From contig CAXMQY010000061.1 in assembly GCA_964195735.1 (NCBI GenBank), forward strand, positions 1,131 to 65,130: a stretch of 64,000 bases of DNA, given 5' to 3'. This DNA is from an uncultured Haliangium sp. (GTDB lineage Bacteria > Pseudomonadota > Gammaproteobacteria > GCA-001735895). The translations under genes were made by a program, and so were the position numbers. The notes under the pieces are model-generated. The model did no database searches, was not told the DNA's origin, and saw nothing but the letters and a program-made list of their open reading frames with translations. This document shows, piece after piece, positions 17,331 to 26,357 of the stretch (positions are counted from its first letter, which is position 1; each line of letters begins with the position of its first letter).

Positions 17331-18542
17331 ATGAGCAGTCCAATGGCAAAGACCCGATTCACCAAACCTTTCACCCAGCAGGAAGCGATTCCGCAGGCGG
17401 GCATCGATGCGGCCGTGCAGTTGCTGCAAAACGGTCGCCTGCACCGCTACAACACGATCGAAGGCGAAACCGCCGCGGCCGCGATACTGGAGCGGGAATT
17501 CGCCGATTACCAGGGGCAGCGCTACTGTTTGGCCTGCACCTCCGGTGGCTACGCGCTGCACATTGCGTTGAAAGCGGCCGGTATCCGCCCCGGCGAGCCG
17601 GTGTTGAGCAATGCGTTCACGCTGGCGCCGGTACCGGGCGCGATCGATAACGCCGGCGGGAAACCGCTGCTGGTCGAGATCGACGACAACTACTGCGTCG
17701 ACCTCGCGCACCTTGAGAAGCAGATGCAGATAAGCGGGGCGCGCTTCTTCATGTTGTCGCATATGCGCGGGCACATCGCCGACATGGATGCCGTGGTAGA
17801 GTTATGCCAGCGTTACGGCGTCACCCTGATCGAAGACTGCGCGCACACCATGGGCGCGCGCTGGAACGGGCGCCGCTCCGGCAGCTTCGGCCAGGTCGCC
17901 TGCTTCAGCACGCAAACCTACAAACACATGAATTCCGGCGAGGGTGGGCTGCTCACCACCGATGACGACGACGTCATGGCGCGCGCCATCATCTACTCCG
18001 GTTCTTACATGCTCTACGAGCGTCACGGCACCCTGCCCGCGCTCGAACGCTTCGACGACATTCGCCTGGACACGCCGAATTACAGCGGCCGTATGGACAA
18101 CCTGCGCGCGACCCTGTTGCTCGCCCAGCTGCCCGACCTGGAAGAAAACTGTAACCGCTGGAACGAGCGCTACCAGGCCTTGCAGGCGGGCCTTGCCGGC
18201 TGCGCGCATATTCGGTTGCCGCAGCGTCCCGAGGCGGAATACTACGTCGGCAGCTCGCTGCAGTTTCGCGTCGAAGCGCTGGATCCCGAACAAGTCTCCA
18301 CGTTTATTGAAGGCTGTGCCGCGCGCGGTGTCGAGCTGAAATGGTTCGGTGGCGCCGAGCCCCGGGGGTTTACCAGCCGCTACGACAGTTGGCGCTACAT
18401 CGAAGATCGGCAGCAACTGCCGAAGACGCTGGCCATCCTCGCGACCACATTCGATTTGCGCATACCGCTGACCTTCAGCGTCGAGGATATGGAAATCATC
18501 GGCGACATCATCATCGATGAAGTCGAGCAGGCGCTCGGTTAA
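17331..18542 (+). CDS. DegT/DnrJ/EryC1/StrS-family PLP-dependent aminotransferase
   Basis: 403 aa. Family regions are FTLAPVPGAIDNAGGKPLLVEID, LIEDCAHTMGARWNGRRSGSFG and FSTQTYKHMNSGEGGLL (PLP-lysine context). Confidence 0.8.
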   Translation: MSSPMAKTRFTKPFTQQEAIPQAGIDAAVQLLQNGRLHRYNTIEGETAAAAILEREFADYQGQRYCLACTSGGYALHIALKAAGIRPGEPVLSNAFTLAPVPGAIDNAGGKPLLVEIDDNYCVDLAHLEKQMQISGARFFMLSHMRGHIADMDAVVELCQRYGVTLIEDCAHTMGARWNGRRSGSFGQVACFSTQTYKHMNSGEGGLLTTDDDDVMARAIIYSGSYMLYERHGTLPALERFDDIRLDTPNYSGRMDNLRATLLLAQLPDLEENCNRWNERYQALQAGLAGCAHIRLPQRPEAEYYVGSSLQFRVEALDPEQVSTFIEGCAARGVELKWFGGAEPRGFTSRYDSWRYIEDRQQLPKTLAILATTFDLRIPLTFSVEDMEIIGDIIIDEVEQALG

Positions 18543-18557
18543 TATTTCAAGCTAGTT

Positions 18558-18605
18558 GAAAGATCCCGATACGTCGGACCGCCGCTAAGTGGGGATCTTA
18601 TAAAG
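18558..18605. repeat. REP-like palindromic element, copy B (core forward)
   Basis: The sequence is GAAAGATCCCGATACGTCGGACCGCCGCTAAGTGGGGATCTTATAAAG. The core at 18560..18582 matches the reverse complement of copy A at 22 of 23 positions. Confidence 0.7.
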
Positions 18606-18665
18606 CGCAGGTGATGCGAATAATTCGGTTAGCGTGTTTTGCTGCTGGTTTCCTATCTCCATCGT

Positions 18666-20261
18666 TTACTTCCCGCATCCCCCTGCGCATTCGGTAAAGG
18701 TGGCTAATGCGGTTTCATAAACAGCGGCGCTATCGCCCCACCTGGCAGGCGATGTCCAGAACAGCACATTGTGAAAGTGATTTGCGCCTTCCACGGCAAC
18801 CTGCAAATAAACAATATTGACACCGTTAACCTCACCTCTCAGTTCGAATTTCAAGCCTTTCATACCATTGAGGTTGACCTCACCCAAATACTTGATACGG
18901 ATCTTATCGATGCCGGCCTCAGATTTGTGCTCCATCAGTAACCTGTTATAGGCCGACAAATCCATGTTGCTGGTAAAATTCTGTTTGGATTCCGATATGA
19001 CAACAAGGTAATGCTGGCGACTGAAATCTCCGTATTCAATGACTCCCAGTTCAGTCAGATCAGGGAGCTGTCTCCAGCTTTCTGGTAGACGCATTTTGGT
19101 CAGGCCATCCTCGGAAGTAACCCAATGACTGCTGACCGAGGATTGCTGGCCACTATAAATACCGGTGCGACATGGTGGCGGTCTAAATCGGACATGCAAA
19201 GTTCCTCCACTGCAGTCCCAATGCACCGAAGCACCCCGCCACTGGGGAACCCATACCAATGTCTGATCGTTCAGGGCGTTACCTTTTGCGTTGCCCAGGG
19301 TTACTGTCAGCACACCGGTCGCGCCGACGACAATGGACTTGATCTGATCACTCGAAAAATCAGCTGCAAGACCTGCCTCACGGTTACTGTCGGGATAATT
19401 CCTTTCCCGGAGAATAAATGTATCGATTTTATCGAGGCTCGGCTGAACTTCAGCAACTACCCCGGCGACAGTCGTTCTATGCGCATAATCCTGATAGGTG
19501 GGTATAGCTACGGCTGCAACAATACCCAGCATCGCAATGAATAAAAATGCGGCGACGATAAATAAAACCGCTCCACCGCCTGTGACAACATTGCCATACT
19601 TTCGTTGCCATTTCTCCTGATCGGTAAGTAAAAACACTATCCCCTCGACCAGGGCAATTGGCCATGCCAGAATTCCGAAAAGCAGGTAGAGCAGCCCTAA
19701 CCATTGCCCAAGGTAGAAACGATGGGCGCCCAGGAAACCGAGGAATATAGCCAGCAATGCGGCCGTTAATTTACTCTTGGGTTTTCCGACAATTTGTTTA
19801 TCGCCACACCCCGGACAAACTTTATCCGCTGCTTTGATCTTGTTACCGCAGGACCGGCAAAAAACCTGCTTGCTGACTTCGGTATTTTTTGTCGGCGGCG
19901 CGTAAGAATTGCGTGAGCCCTTGCTTGATGAGCCATCCTGTGGCTTAGCTCTTGCCTGATCGGCCGGGCTCTTTTTCGCCCGCTTGCCAGATGCGGTTTT
20001 AGTCGGGCTTCGGTTGGGACTGGATGATTGCTCAGCCTCTGCTGTGAACCGCAGTCCGGCGTTGTTCAGCGCCCCATGATAATTCTGCACTTCGGCGGCC
20101 GTGAGGCCTTTCTTCAATACCACGCGTTTGCCCGAGAACAATTTTTCGACGGAGGCTCTATCGGTTTTAAACAGGCGCTGCAGATTCGCCTTGGCCGTAT
20201 CCTCGTCAAATCCCTCGACTACTTTTCCCTCAAAGATGATTTTGTAACGCTGCGATTCCAT
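18666..20261 (-). CDS. chimeric membrane protein: N-terminal soluble domain + zinc ribbon + TM2 domain + pilin-like domain + C-terminal domain of unknown function
   Basis: 531 aa. The zinc ribbon is CRSCGNKIKAADKVCPGCG. The TM2-type segment is LAIFLGFLGAHRFYLGQWLGLLYLLFG. The next helix and globular part resemble a type IV pilin (IAMLGIVAAVAIPTYQDYAHRTTVAG ... WDCSGGTLHVRFRPPPC) but lack a G/FTLIE prepilin cleavage site. The gene is visibly more AT-rich than its neighbours. Confidence 0.7.
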   Translation of the reverse strand: MESQRYKIIFEGKVVEGFDEDTAKANLQRLFKTDRASVEKLFSGKRVVLKKGLTAAEVQNYHGALNNAGLRFTAEAEQSSSPNRSPTKTASGKRAKKSPADQARAKPQDGSSSKGSRNSYAPPTKNTEVSKQVFCRSCGNKIKAADKVCPGCGDKQIVGKPKSKLTAALLAIFLGFLGAHRFYLGQWLGLLYLLFGILAWPIALVEGIVFLLTDQEKWQRKYGNVVTGGGAVLFIVAAFLFIAMLGIVAAVAIPTYQDYAHRTTVAGVVAEVQPSLDKIDTFILRERNYPDSNREAGLAADFSSDQIKSIVVGATGVLTVTLGNAKGNALNDQTLVWVPQWRGASVHWDCSGGTLHVRFRPPPCRTGIYSGQQSSVSSHWVTSEDGLTKMRLPESWRQLPDLTELGVIEYGDFSRQHYLVVISESKQNFTSNMDLSAYNRLLMEHKSEAGIDKIRIKYLGEVNLNGMKGLKFELRGEVNGVNIVYLQVAVEGANHFHNVLFWTSPARWGDSAAVYETALATFTECAGGCGK

Positions 20262-20481
20262 TCGTGTATCCGTGGCTTTTGGTAAACAACGAAGATTTAA
20301 TTATGCTACTCGACTGGAAGCAGCTCGAATAAGTATAGACCATCAATAATTTGATGCCATGATCGCGAATCATTCCAGAGCATCGCTGAAATGATATTGT
20401 GTTGCTTGTTATAGGATCCCCGTTTGGGATCTTTTGATATCGGGACAGGCCAGGTTGGGGGAACTACTCGGCTTGCTGAAC

Positions 20482-21165
20482 CTATTGCGGGGTCGTCTTC
20501 AACTTTTCGCTTAAATCGACTACAGGCATTCCCTGCGGCAAATCATATTGGCTCTGTTCGATCAAGGCGCCTGTCTCGATTGATAACACTTCGAATGTTC
20601 GGTTGCCCTTGTCATCGAGCGCGCGCAGGACGAAGCCGCTGGTGTCGGCAAGTTCGGCCAGTCGCGCGCGTGCGCGTTGGCACTCAGTCAGCTGGCTGCT
20701 AGCCCTCGCTATCATGCTTTGTGATATCTTGTGCATTCCCTGCATTGCCATAAACATACGCTTCATTTCCGGATTCTGGATTAGCTTTGAGGAGCCGTAG
20801 ATGGTGCCGCAGTACTCACCGTTGGCAAGCAGGTCATACCTGCCGGTGGTATAGCCGGCAACCTTTTCGCGACCACCGCGAGTCATGAGACCGACATTCA
20901 ATGTACCCACTTCAGCCATGGCACCGGCCTCGTCCGCCGCAACGTGGACGGCTTCGTTGCGCTTCGGATCGACCAGGAAAAAATCGCCACTACCGCCATC
21001 GAGCAGCAGGTAGCCCGGCATCGGCCCCCCGTTGATGCGCACCTTGCGCCCATTGCTGATCATAGTGCTGGTGGCGCCAGTGATATCAACGTACTTGATC
21101 TGCACGTCGGCCCAGGCGAGGTTGCAGGCGCTGAGCAACAGCAGGCAATAAAGCGTCGATTTCAT
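20482..21165 (-). CDS. secreted hypothetical protein
   Basis: The likely start is ATG 21165 (MKSTLYCLLLLSACNLAWA/DVQ signal peptide), inside the 255-aa ORF. I recognise no domain. Confidence 0.55.
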   Translation of the reverse strand: MKSTLYCLLLLSACNLAWADVQIKYVDITGATSTMISNGRKVRINGGPMPGYLLLDGGSGDFFLVDPKRNEAVHVAADEAGAMAEVGTLNVGLMTRGGREKVAGYTTGRYDLLANGEYCGTIYGSSKLIQNPEMKRMFMAMQGMHKISQSMIARASSQLTECQRARARLAELADTSGFVLRALDDKGNRTFEVLSIETGALIEQSQYDLPQGMPVVDLSEKLKTTPQ

Positions 21166-21241
21166 GGTTTTCCCCAGCTGAATCTTTTTGATATGCCAGG
21201 CTATGGTAACACCGCGAGCGCCAATGCCGGTAGCCACAACA

Positions 21242-22138
21242 TCAGGCATGATCGACCAGCCAATTTCTCAATTCCAGCGCCTTGCGGCTGACGTAGCGCG
21301 CTGGCGACGACTGGATCGCGTAGCCGTAACCATCGAGCCGATCCGCGAACGGAGCCACCAGCGCGCCGGCATCGAGTTCGCGTTGCATCAACGCATCGGC
21401 CATGGTCCAGCCCTGCCCGTCCACCGCGGCCTGGGTGCGCACGTTGGCGTCATCAATAATGCGCCGCGGATTATGCAGGGGCCGATCCTGCTTGCCGTGC
21501 CAGGCTTGCCACAGATCCAGCGAACGGTCTTCGCACAGCAACGGAACAGACGCTAGCGCCGACGTCGAGATATCGCTCACCGGCAAATTGGCGTCACCGA
21601 CCTTCATCGCTTCGAGCAGGCGCGGGCTACACACCGGGAACAACGGCATCGGCAACTCCAGCGGGCGTTGCGGATTCGTCCTGCCCTCCATGGAGCCCCA
21701 GCGGATGGCAAAATCGACATCCTGGATCCTGAAATTTCCCGAGTTGACCGAATGTTGCAACAGTACCGAGGTGTCTGGATTGCTTTGGTTGAAGCCGGAT
21801 ATGCGCGGCGACAACCAGCGCAACGCGACATAGGTGGTCGCACCGATCAAAACGTCATGTGCCGATTCGCCCGGCTGGATGCGCTTGCAGGTATCGCCGA
21901 GCTCGGCGAAGCTACGTTGCGTTGTTTGCAGTAATTGCTGGCCTGCAGGCGTCAGGAATACCTGGCGAACCGAGCGCTGGAACAAGGCGCAGTCGAGCGC
22001 TTCCTCGAGGCGCCGGATCTGGTAGCTGACCGCGCCCTTGGTGATGCATAGCTCGCGCGCCGCCAGACTGAAACTCAGCTGGCGCGCGGCCGATTCGAAC
22101 ACTTTCAGCGCATCCAGCGGTGGCAGGCTGTGTTTCAT
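21242..22138 (-). CDS. LysR-family transcriptional regulator (GcvA-like subgroup)
   Basis: 298 aa. The N-terminus LPPLDALKVFESAARQLSFSLAARELCITKGAVSYQIRRLEEAL is typical of GcvA-type LTTRs. It is divergent from the dehydrogenase gene. Confidence 0.9.
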   Translation of the reverse strand: MKHSLPPLDALKVFESAARQLSFSLAARELCITKGAVSYQIRRLEEALDCALFQRSVRQVFLTPAGQQLLQTTQRSFAELGDTCKRIQPGESAHDVLIGATTYVALRWLSPRISGFNQSNPDTSVLLQHSVNSGNFRIQDVDFAIRWGSMEGRTNPQRPLELPMPLFPVCSPRLLEAMKVGDANLPVSDISTSALASVPLLCEDRSLDLWQAWHGKQDRPLHNPRRIIDDANVRTQAAVDGQGWTMADALMQRELDAGALVAPFADRLDGYGYAIQSSPARYVSRKALELRNWLVDHA

Positions 22139-22199
22139 CGCATAGTATGGTTCAGTTTAAAATCCATGAATTTGGTGAATATCGCGTTCTGGCGCCAAT

Positions 22200-22222
22200 A
22201 TAGTTCAATATTATTGAACTAT
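22200..22222. promoter_or_regulatory. perfect 23-bp palindrome in the divergent promoter region (candidate LTTR operator)
   Basis: ATAGTTCAATA-T-TATTGAACTAT was checked base by base. It contains a T-N11-A core and lies between the LysR start (22138) and the dehydrogenase start (22292). Confidence 0.45.
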
Positions 22223-22291
22223 GCGGATAATTTTTCGATTGTCAAACCTGTCTGAATGGGCATGATTGATAAAAAGCGAAGATCTCGAAAA

Positions 22292-24721
22292 ATGACAACC
22301 AGCCCCATCAAATCGCAGGCGCGAGTCGTCGTCATCGGCGGCGGCATCGCCGGTTGCTCGACGCTGTATCATCTCACCCGCGAAGGCTGGAGCGATGTCG
22401 TGCTGCTGGAACGCGACGAACTGACCTCGGGCTCGACCTGGCATGCGGCCGCGCAGGTCACCCAGTTCGGCGCCAACCAGACCATGATCGCGCTCAAGCG
22501 CCACAGCATCGACCTGTATCGCGAACTGGCGGCCGACCCGGACAACCCGATTTCCTACCACATCACCGGTGGCATGCGGCTCGCGCATACCGCGGCGCAG
22601 GTCGATACCTACAAGCACTACATCGGCATGGCCGGCGGTATGGGCGTCGACATGGAATTCATCGACGCGGCCGAGGTGGGCCGGCGCCATCCGCTACTGA
22701 ACACTGACGACCTGCTCGGCGCCTGGTGGGACCCGCTCGACGGCGACATCGACCCCGCGGGCATCACCTTTGCGCTGGCGCGCCAGGCGCGCGCAGCCGG
22801 TGCCGAGGTATACCGCTTCAACCCGGTCGAAAGCATTACCCGTAAAGCCAATGGCGAATTTATCGTGCACAGCAAGCGCGGCGACATCACCTGTGAAAAA
22901 GTAGTCAACGCGACCGGCTATCGCGTCAACGAGGTCGGCAACATGCTCGGTGTAAACCATCCGGTGACCTCGATGGAACATATGTATTTTCTGACCGATA
23001 CCCTGCCTGAACTCGAGGCGCTCGATTTTCGCGTACCCATCATCCGTGATCCGGGCGACGATTTTTACAGCCGGCAGGAGAAAAAAGGCTTGCTGGTCGG
23101 CGTCTATGAGCAAGGCTGCCAAACTTTCGGCATGGACGGTATCGACCCCGACTTTACCCAGGCCCTGTGCCCTTCCGACCTCGATCGCTGCCTCGATAAC
23201 ATGGAGCGCATCTTCGGACGCCTGCCCGCCCTGACCGAAGCCGGCATCCACACCGTCATCAACGGGCCGATTACCTACACCATCGACGGCGCCCCGCTGA
23301 TCGGACCGATTCCCGGCATCGACAACGCCTACTGCGCGATCGGCCTGCGCGCCGGAATCGGCGAATCCGGTGGCCACGGCAAGTTGCTAGCGCAAATCAT
23401 CGTGCACGGCGAGTGCGAATGGGACGCCTGGTTTCTCGATCCACGCCGCTTTACGCAGTACGCCAACACCGAGCACACCTGCCTGAAGGCAATCGAGGAT
23501 TACCAGAACGAGTTTCACTACCACCTGCCGCACGAACATCGGCCCGCATCACGGCTGGCACGGACCACGCCGCTTTACCCGGTGCTCGATCAGTTGAACG
23601 CCGCCTGGGGCGTGGTCAATGGCTGGGAGCGGGCGCTGTTCTTCAAGCCGGATGCCGACTTCGTCGACGAGCACAGTTTTCGCTTCACGCCGACCTTTGG
23701 CCTGGTCGCGAAGGAGATCGAGCAGCTGCGCAGCAACGTCGGCATCATGGAAGTTTCCGGATTCAATCGCTACGAAATCAGTGGCGACGGCGTCGAGGAA
23801 TTCCTCGATCGCATGATCTGCGGTCGTCTGCCGCGCGCCATCGGCAAGCTCAGCCTGTGCTACCTGCTCACCGAAAAAGGCAATATCCTGAGCGAGGCGA
23901 CACTGGTCAAGCTCGGCGATAATCGCTACTGGTGGGGATCAGCCGCAGCCGCCGAATGGCACGATCGCGACTGGTTGAATCGCCACAAGCCGGCATCGGT
24001 GACGATTACCGAAATGGCCGGCAGCCACACCATCCTGGTCGTTGCCGGGCCGCGCTCGCGCGAGTTGCTACAGGCACTGTCACCGCGTTGTGACTGGTCA
24101 GCCGATGCCTTCCCGTGGCTGCGCGCGCAACCGATGTTTATCGGTCACGCCGAGGTGGTCGCGATGACGGTCAGTTTCTCCGGCGAACTCGCTTACGAAC
24201 TGCACGTGCCGAACGAACAGCTTTACCTGGTCTGGAAATTGCTGACCGGGGCCGGAAAGGACTTTGCGTTAGGTTATTTCGGGCTTTACGCGACCGAGTC
24301 GATGCGCCTGGAAAAGGGCTATTTGCACTGGAAGGCTGATCTCATCGTCGAGCACAATCCGATGGAGGCGCGGCTCGCGCATTTCGTCAATCTGGACAAG
24401 CCCGATTTCATCGGCAAACAGGCACTGCTGAAGCAAATCGAACACGGCCCGCGCAAGTTACTGGTATCGCTGACGGTGGACTGCGATATCGCGCCCGCGC
24501 ACGGCGGTGACCCGGTTTTCGCCGGCGAGCGCCAGGTGGGTTCGGTCACTTCCGCGGGCTACGGGCACCGCGTCGGCAGGAATATCGCCTACGCCTACGT
24601 CGATCCGGGCAGCGCCGATGTCGGCACGCGGCTCGACATCGGCATACTCGGCGAACGCTACGCCGCCGAAGTGGTCGAGCCCATCCTGTACGACCCTGAC
24701 AACCGCTTGCCACGATCATGA
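22292..24721 (+). CDS. dimethylglycine/sarcosine dehydrogenase family flavoprotein (FAD oxidoreductase + GcvT-type folate-binding domain)
   Basis: The likely start is ATG 22292 (MTTSPIKSQARVVVIGGGIAGCS). It has an N-terminal DAO-type FAD domain and a C-terminal aminomethyltransferase-like domain (GREVGSVTS-like: GERQVGSVTSAGYGHRVG). Confidence 0.85.
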   Translation: MTTSPIKSQARVVVIGGGIAGCSTLYHLTREGWSDVVLLERDELTSGSTWHAAAQVTQFGANQTMIALKRHSIDLYRELAADPDNPISYHITGGMRLAHTAAQVDTYKHYIGMAGGMGVDMEFIDAAEVGRRHPLLNTDDLLGAWWDPLDGDIDPAGITFALARQARAAGAEVYRFNPVESITRKANGEFIVHSKRGDITCEKVVNATGYRVNEVGNMLGVNHPVTSMEHMYFLTDTLPELEALDFRVPIIRDPGDDFYSRQEKKGLLVGVYEQGCQTFGMDGIDPDFTQALCPSDLDRCLDNMERIFGRLPALTEAGIHTVINGPITYTIDGAPLIGPIPGIDNAYCAIGLRAGIGESGGHGKLLAQIIVHGECEWDAWFLDPRRFTQYANTEHTCLKAIEDYQNEFHYHLPHEHRPASRLARTTPLYPVLDQLNAAWGVVNGWERALFFKPDADFVDEHSFRFTPTFGLVAKEIEQLRSNVGIMEVSGFNRYEISGDGVEEFLDRMICGRLPRAIGKLSLCYLLTEKGNILSEATLVKLGDNRYWWGSAAAAEWHDRDWLNRHKPASVTITEMAGSHTILVVAGPRSRELLQALSPRCDWSADAFPWLRAQPMFIGHAEVVAMTVSFSGELAYELHVPNEQLYLVWKLLTGAGKDFALGYFGLYATESMRLEKGYLHWKADLIVEHNPMEARLAHFVNLDKPDFIGKQALLKQIEHGPRKLLVSLTVDCDIAPAHGGDPVFAGERQVGSVTSAGYGHRVGRNIAYAYVDPGSADVGTRLDIGILGERYAAEVVEPILYDPDNRLPRS

Positions 24722-26250
24722 GCGAAACGGGCCGTAGCAAGCGACGTCGAGGCGGCAGCCGTGCAGCGATGCTGGCAAAACGCAGCAAGCCGCCGGCAAT
24801 CAACCCGGCGCCGCCCGGTCCCAGCGGAGGTCAGTATCGTCCGCTGACCGATACGCAAGTCCAGCAAATCTACGCTACCTCGATGCGCATGCTCGCCGAA
24901 CTCGGCATGGGCGACGCGCCCCCGGCCCTCAGCGAACGTGCTCTGGAATGCGGCGCCACCATCAACGACCTCGGACGCCTGTGTTTTTCACAGGATATGG
25001 TCGAAGACATCATCGAAGGCGCCTGTAAGTCCTTCGTATTTCATGGCCGCGACCCACGCCACAGCTTCGAAGTCGGGGGTGACAGTGTTTATTTCGGCAC
25101 CGGCGGCGCCGCGGTACAAACCCTGGATCTCGATTCACGTGTCTACCGGCCGTCGACACTGCAGGACCTGTCGGACTTTACCCGGCTGGTCGATACCCTG
25201 CCCAACATCTCCTGGTTCACGCGCTGCTGCGTGGCCACCGATGTGCCCGACATCTTCGAGCTCGATTTCAACACCGCCTATTGCCTGATGCGTTACACGC
25301 AGAAACCGGTCGGCACCAGTTTCACGCTGGGCGCGCACGTCGATCCTATCATCGACATGTTCGACGCCGTTGCCGGTGGCCCCGGGAAGTTTGCCGAGAA
25401 GCCTTTCTGCAAGGCCCACATCAGCCCGATCATCTCGCCGATGCGCTACGGCGAGGATGCCTTCGACGTCGCCATGGCCTGCATTCGTCGCGGCATGCCG
25501 ATCAATTCCATCGTCGCCGCCATGTCGGGCGCGACCTCGCCCGCCACCATCGACGGCATGCTCGCCGCTTCCTTTGCCGAGACCCTGGCGGCACTGGTCA
25601 TGGTCAATATTTTCGAACCCGGTTTCCCGATGATTTTCTCCAACTGGCCGTTCGTGATCGATCTGCGCACCGGGGCATTCTGCGGCGGCGGCGGCGAGAT
25701 TTCGATCCTGAACGCGGGCGCGGCACAGCTCGCCAATCACTGTGGTCTGCCTTCGGGGGTAGCCTCGAGCATGTCCGACGCCAAGGCAGTGGATGCGCAG
25801 ATGGGCATGGAAAAGGCGCTGTCGTCACTCGCCTGTGGACTGTCCGGCGCCAACATGGTGTACGAATCCTCGGGCATGATGGCAAGCTTGCTCGGGGTCT
25901 CTTTCGAGGCCTTCCTGCTAGACAATGAAATGCTGTCGCACGTGTACCGTATGATTCGGGGTGTCGAGGTCAGCGAGGAGACGCTCGCATTCGACGCCAT
26001 GAAGAACGTGATTACCGGTGAGGGGCACTTCATCGGTGAAACCCAGACCATGGAAGCGATGGAACGCGATTATTTCTACCCGAAACTCGGTGATCGGCTG
26101 GAACCAACCACCTGGGCCGAGGCGGGTGCGCAAGACGCCTGGCAGCGCGCCAATCGCGAGGTGCGCGAGGTACTGGCACGGCATCAGCCGAACTACCTCG
26201 ATGCAGCGCTGGATGCAAAACTGCGTGCCAAGTTCAATATTCTGGCTTAA
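24718..26250 (+). CDS. trimethylamine methyltransferase (MttB) superfamily protein, non-pyrrolysine type (paralogue 2)
   Basis: 510-aa uninterrupted ORF. Its ATG overlaps the dehydrogenase stop (ATGA at 24718..24721). It is alignable with the 4248..5762 product over the full length by eye (for example GPGGHFLGETHT vs GEGHFIGETQT). Confidence 0.85.
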   Translation: MSETGRSKRRRGGSRAAMLAKRSKPPAINPAPPGPSGGQYRPLTDTQVQQIYATSMRMLAELGMGDAPPALSERALECGATINDLGRLCFSQDMVEDIIEGACKSFVFHGRDPRHSFEVGGDSVYFGTGGAAVQTLDLDSRVYRPSTLQDLSDFTRLVDTLPNISWFTRCCVATDVPDIFELDFNTAYCLMRYTQKPVGTSFTLGAHVDPIIDMFDAVAGGPGKFAEKPFCKAHISPIISPMRYGEDAFDVAMACIRRGMPINSIVAAMSGATSPATIDGMLAASFAETLAALVMVNIFEPGFPMIFSNWPFVIDLRTGAFCGGGGEISILNAGAAQLANHCGLPSGVASSMSDAKAVDAQMGMEKALSSLACGLSGANMVYESSGMMASLLGVSFEAFLLDNEMLSHVYRMIRGVEVSEETLAFDAMKNVITGEGHFIGETQTMEAMERDYFYPKLGDRLEPTTWAEAGAQDAWQRANREVREVLARHQPNYLDAALDAKLRAKFNILA

Positions 26251-26286
26251 CGTCACTTTCGAACGTTTTGAGTTACGACTGGTTGT

Positions 26287-26309
26287 AAGATTCCGAGACG
26301 TCGGACCGC
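26287..26309. repeat. REP-like core, copy C
   Basis: AAGATTCCGAGACGTCGGACCGC differs from the reverse complement of copy A at one position. It lies just after the mttB-paralogue stop. Confidence 0.6.
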
Positions 26310-26319
26310 CGATCCGGGA

Positions 26320-26357
26320 TGATTATTTCGGCCCCACGGGCCGAAATAATCACTTTT
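26320..26357 (+). terminator. rho-independent terminator-like hairpin between convergent genes
   Basis: A 15-bp perfect stem (TGATTATTTCGGCCC / GGGCCGAAATAATCA) encloses a 3-nt loop and is followed by CTTTT on the plus strand. The right arm overlaps the stop codon of the minus-strand 166-aa gene. Confidence 0.65.

Noticed and set aside
4248-26250. Pyrrolysine (in-frame TAG) usage in the two MttB-family genes.
   Set aside because: Both ORFs are uninterrupted (504 and 510 aa). No pylT or pylSBCD-like genes are visible in the window. They are non-Pyl members of the superfamily.
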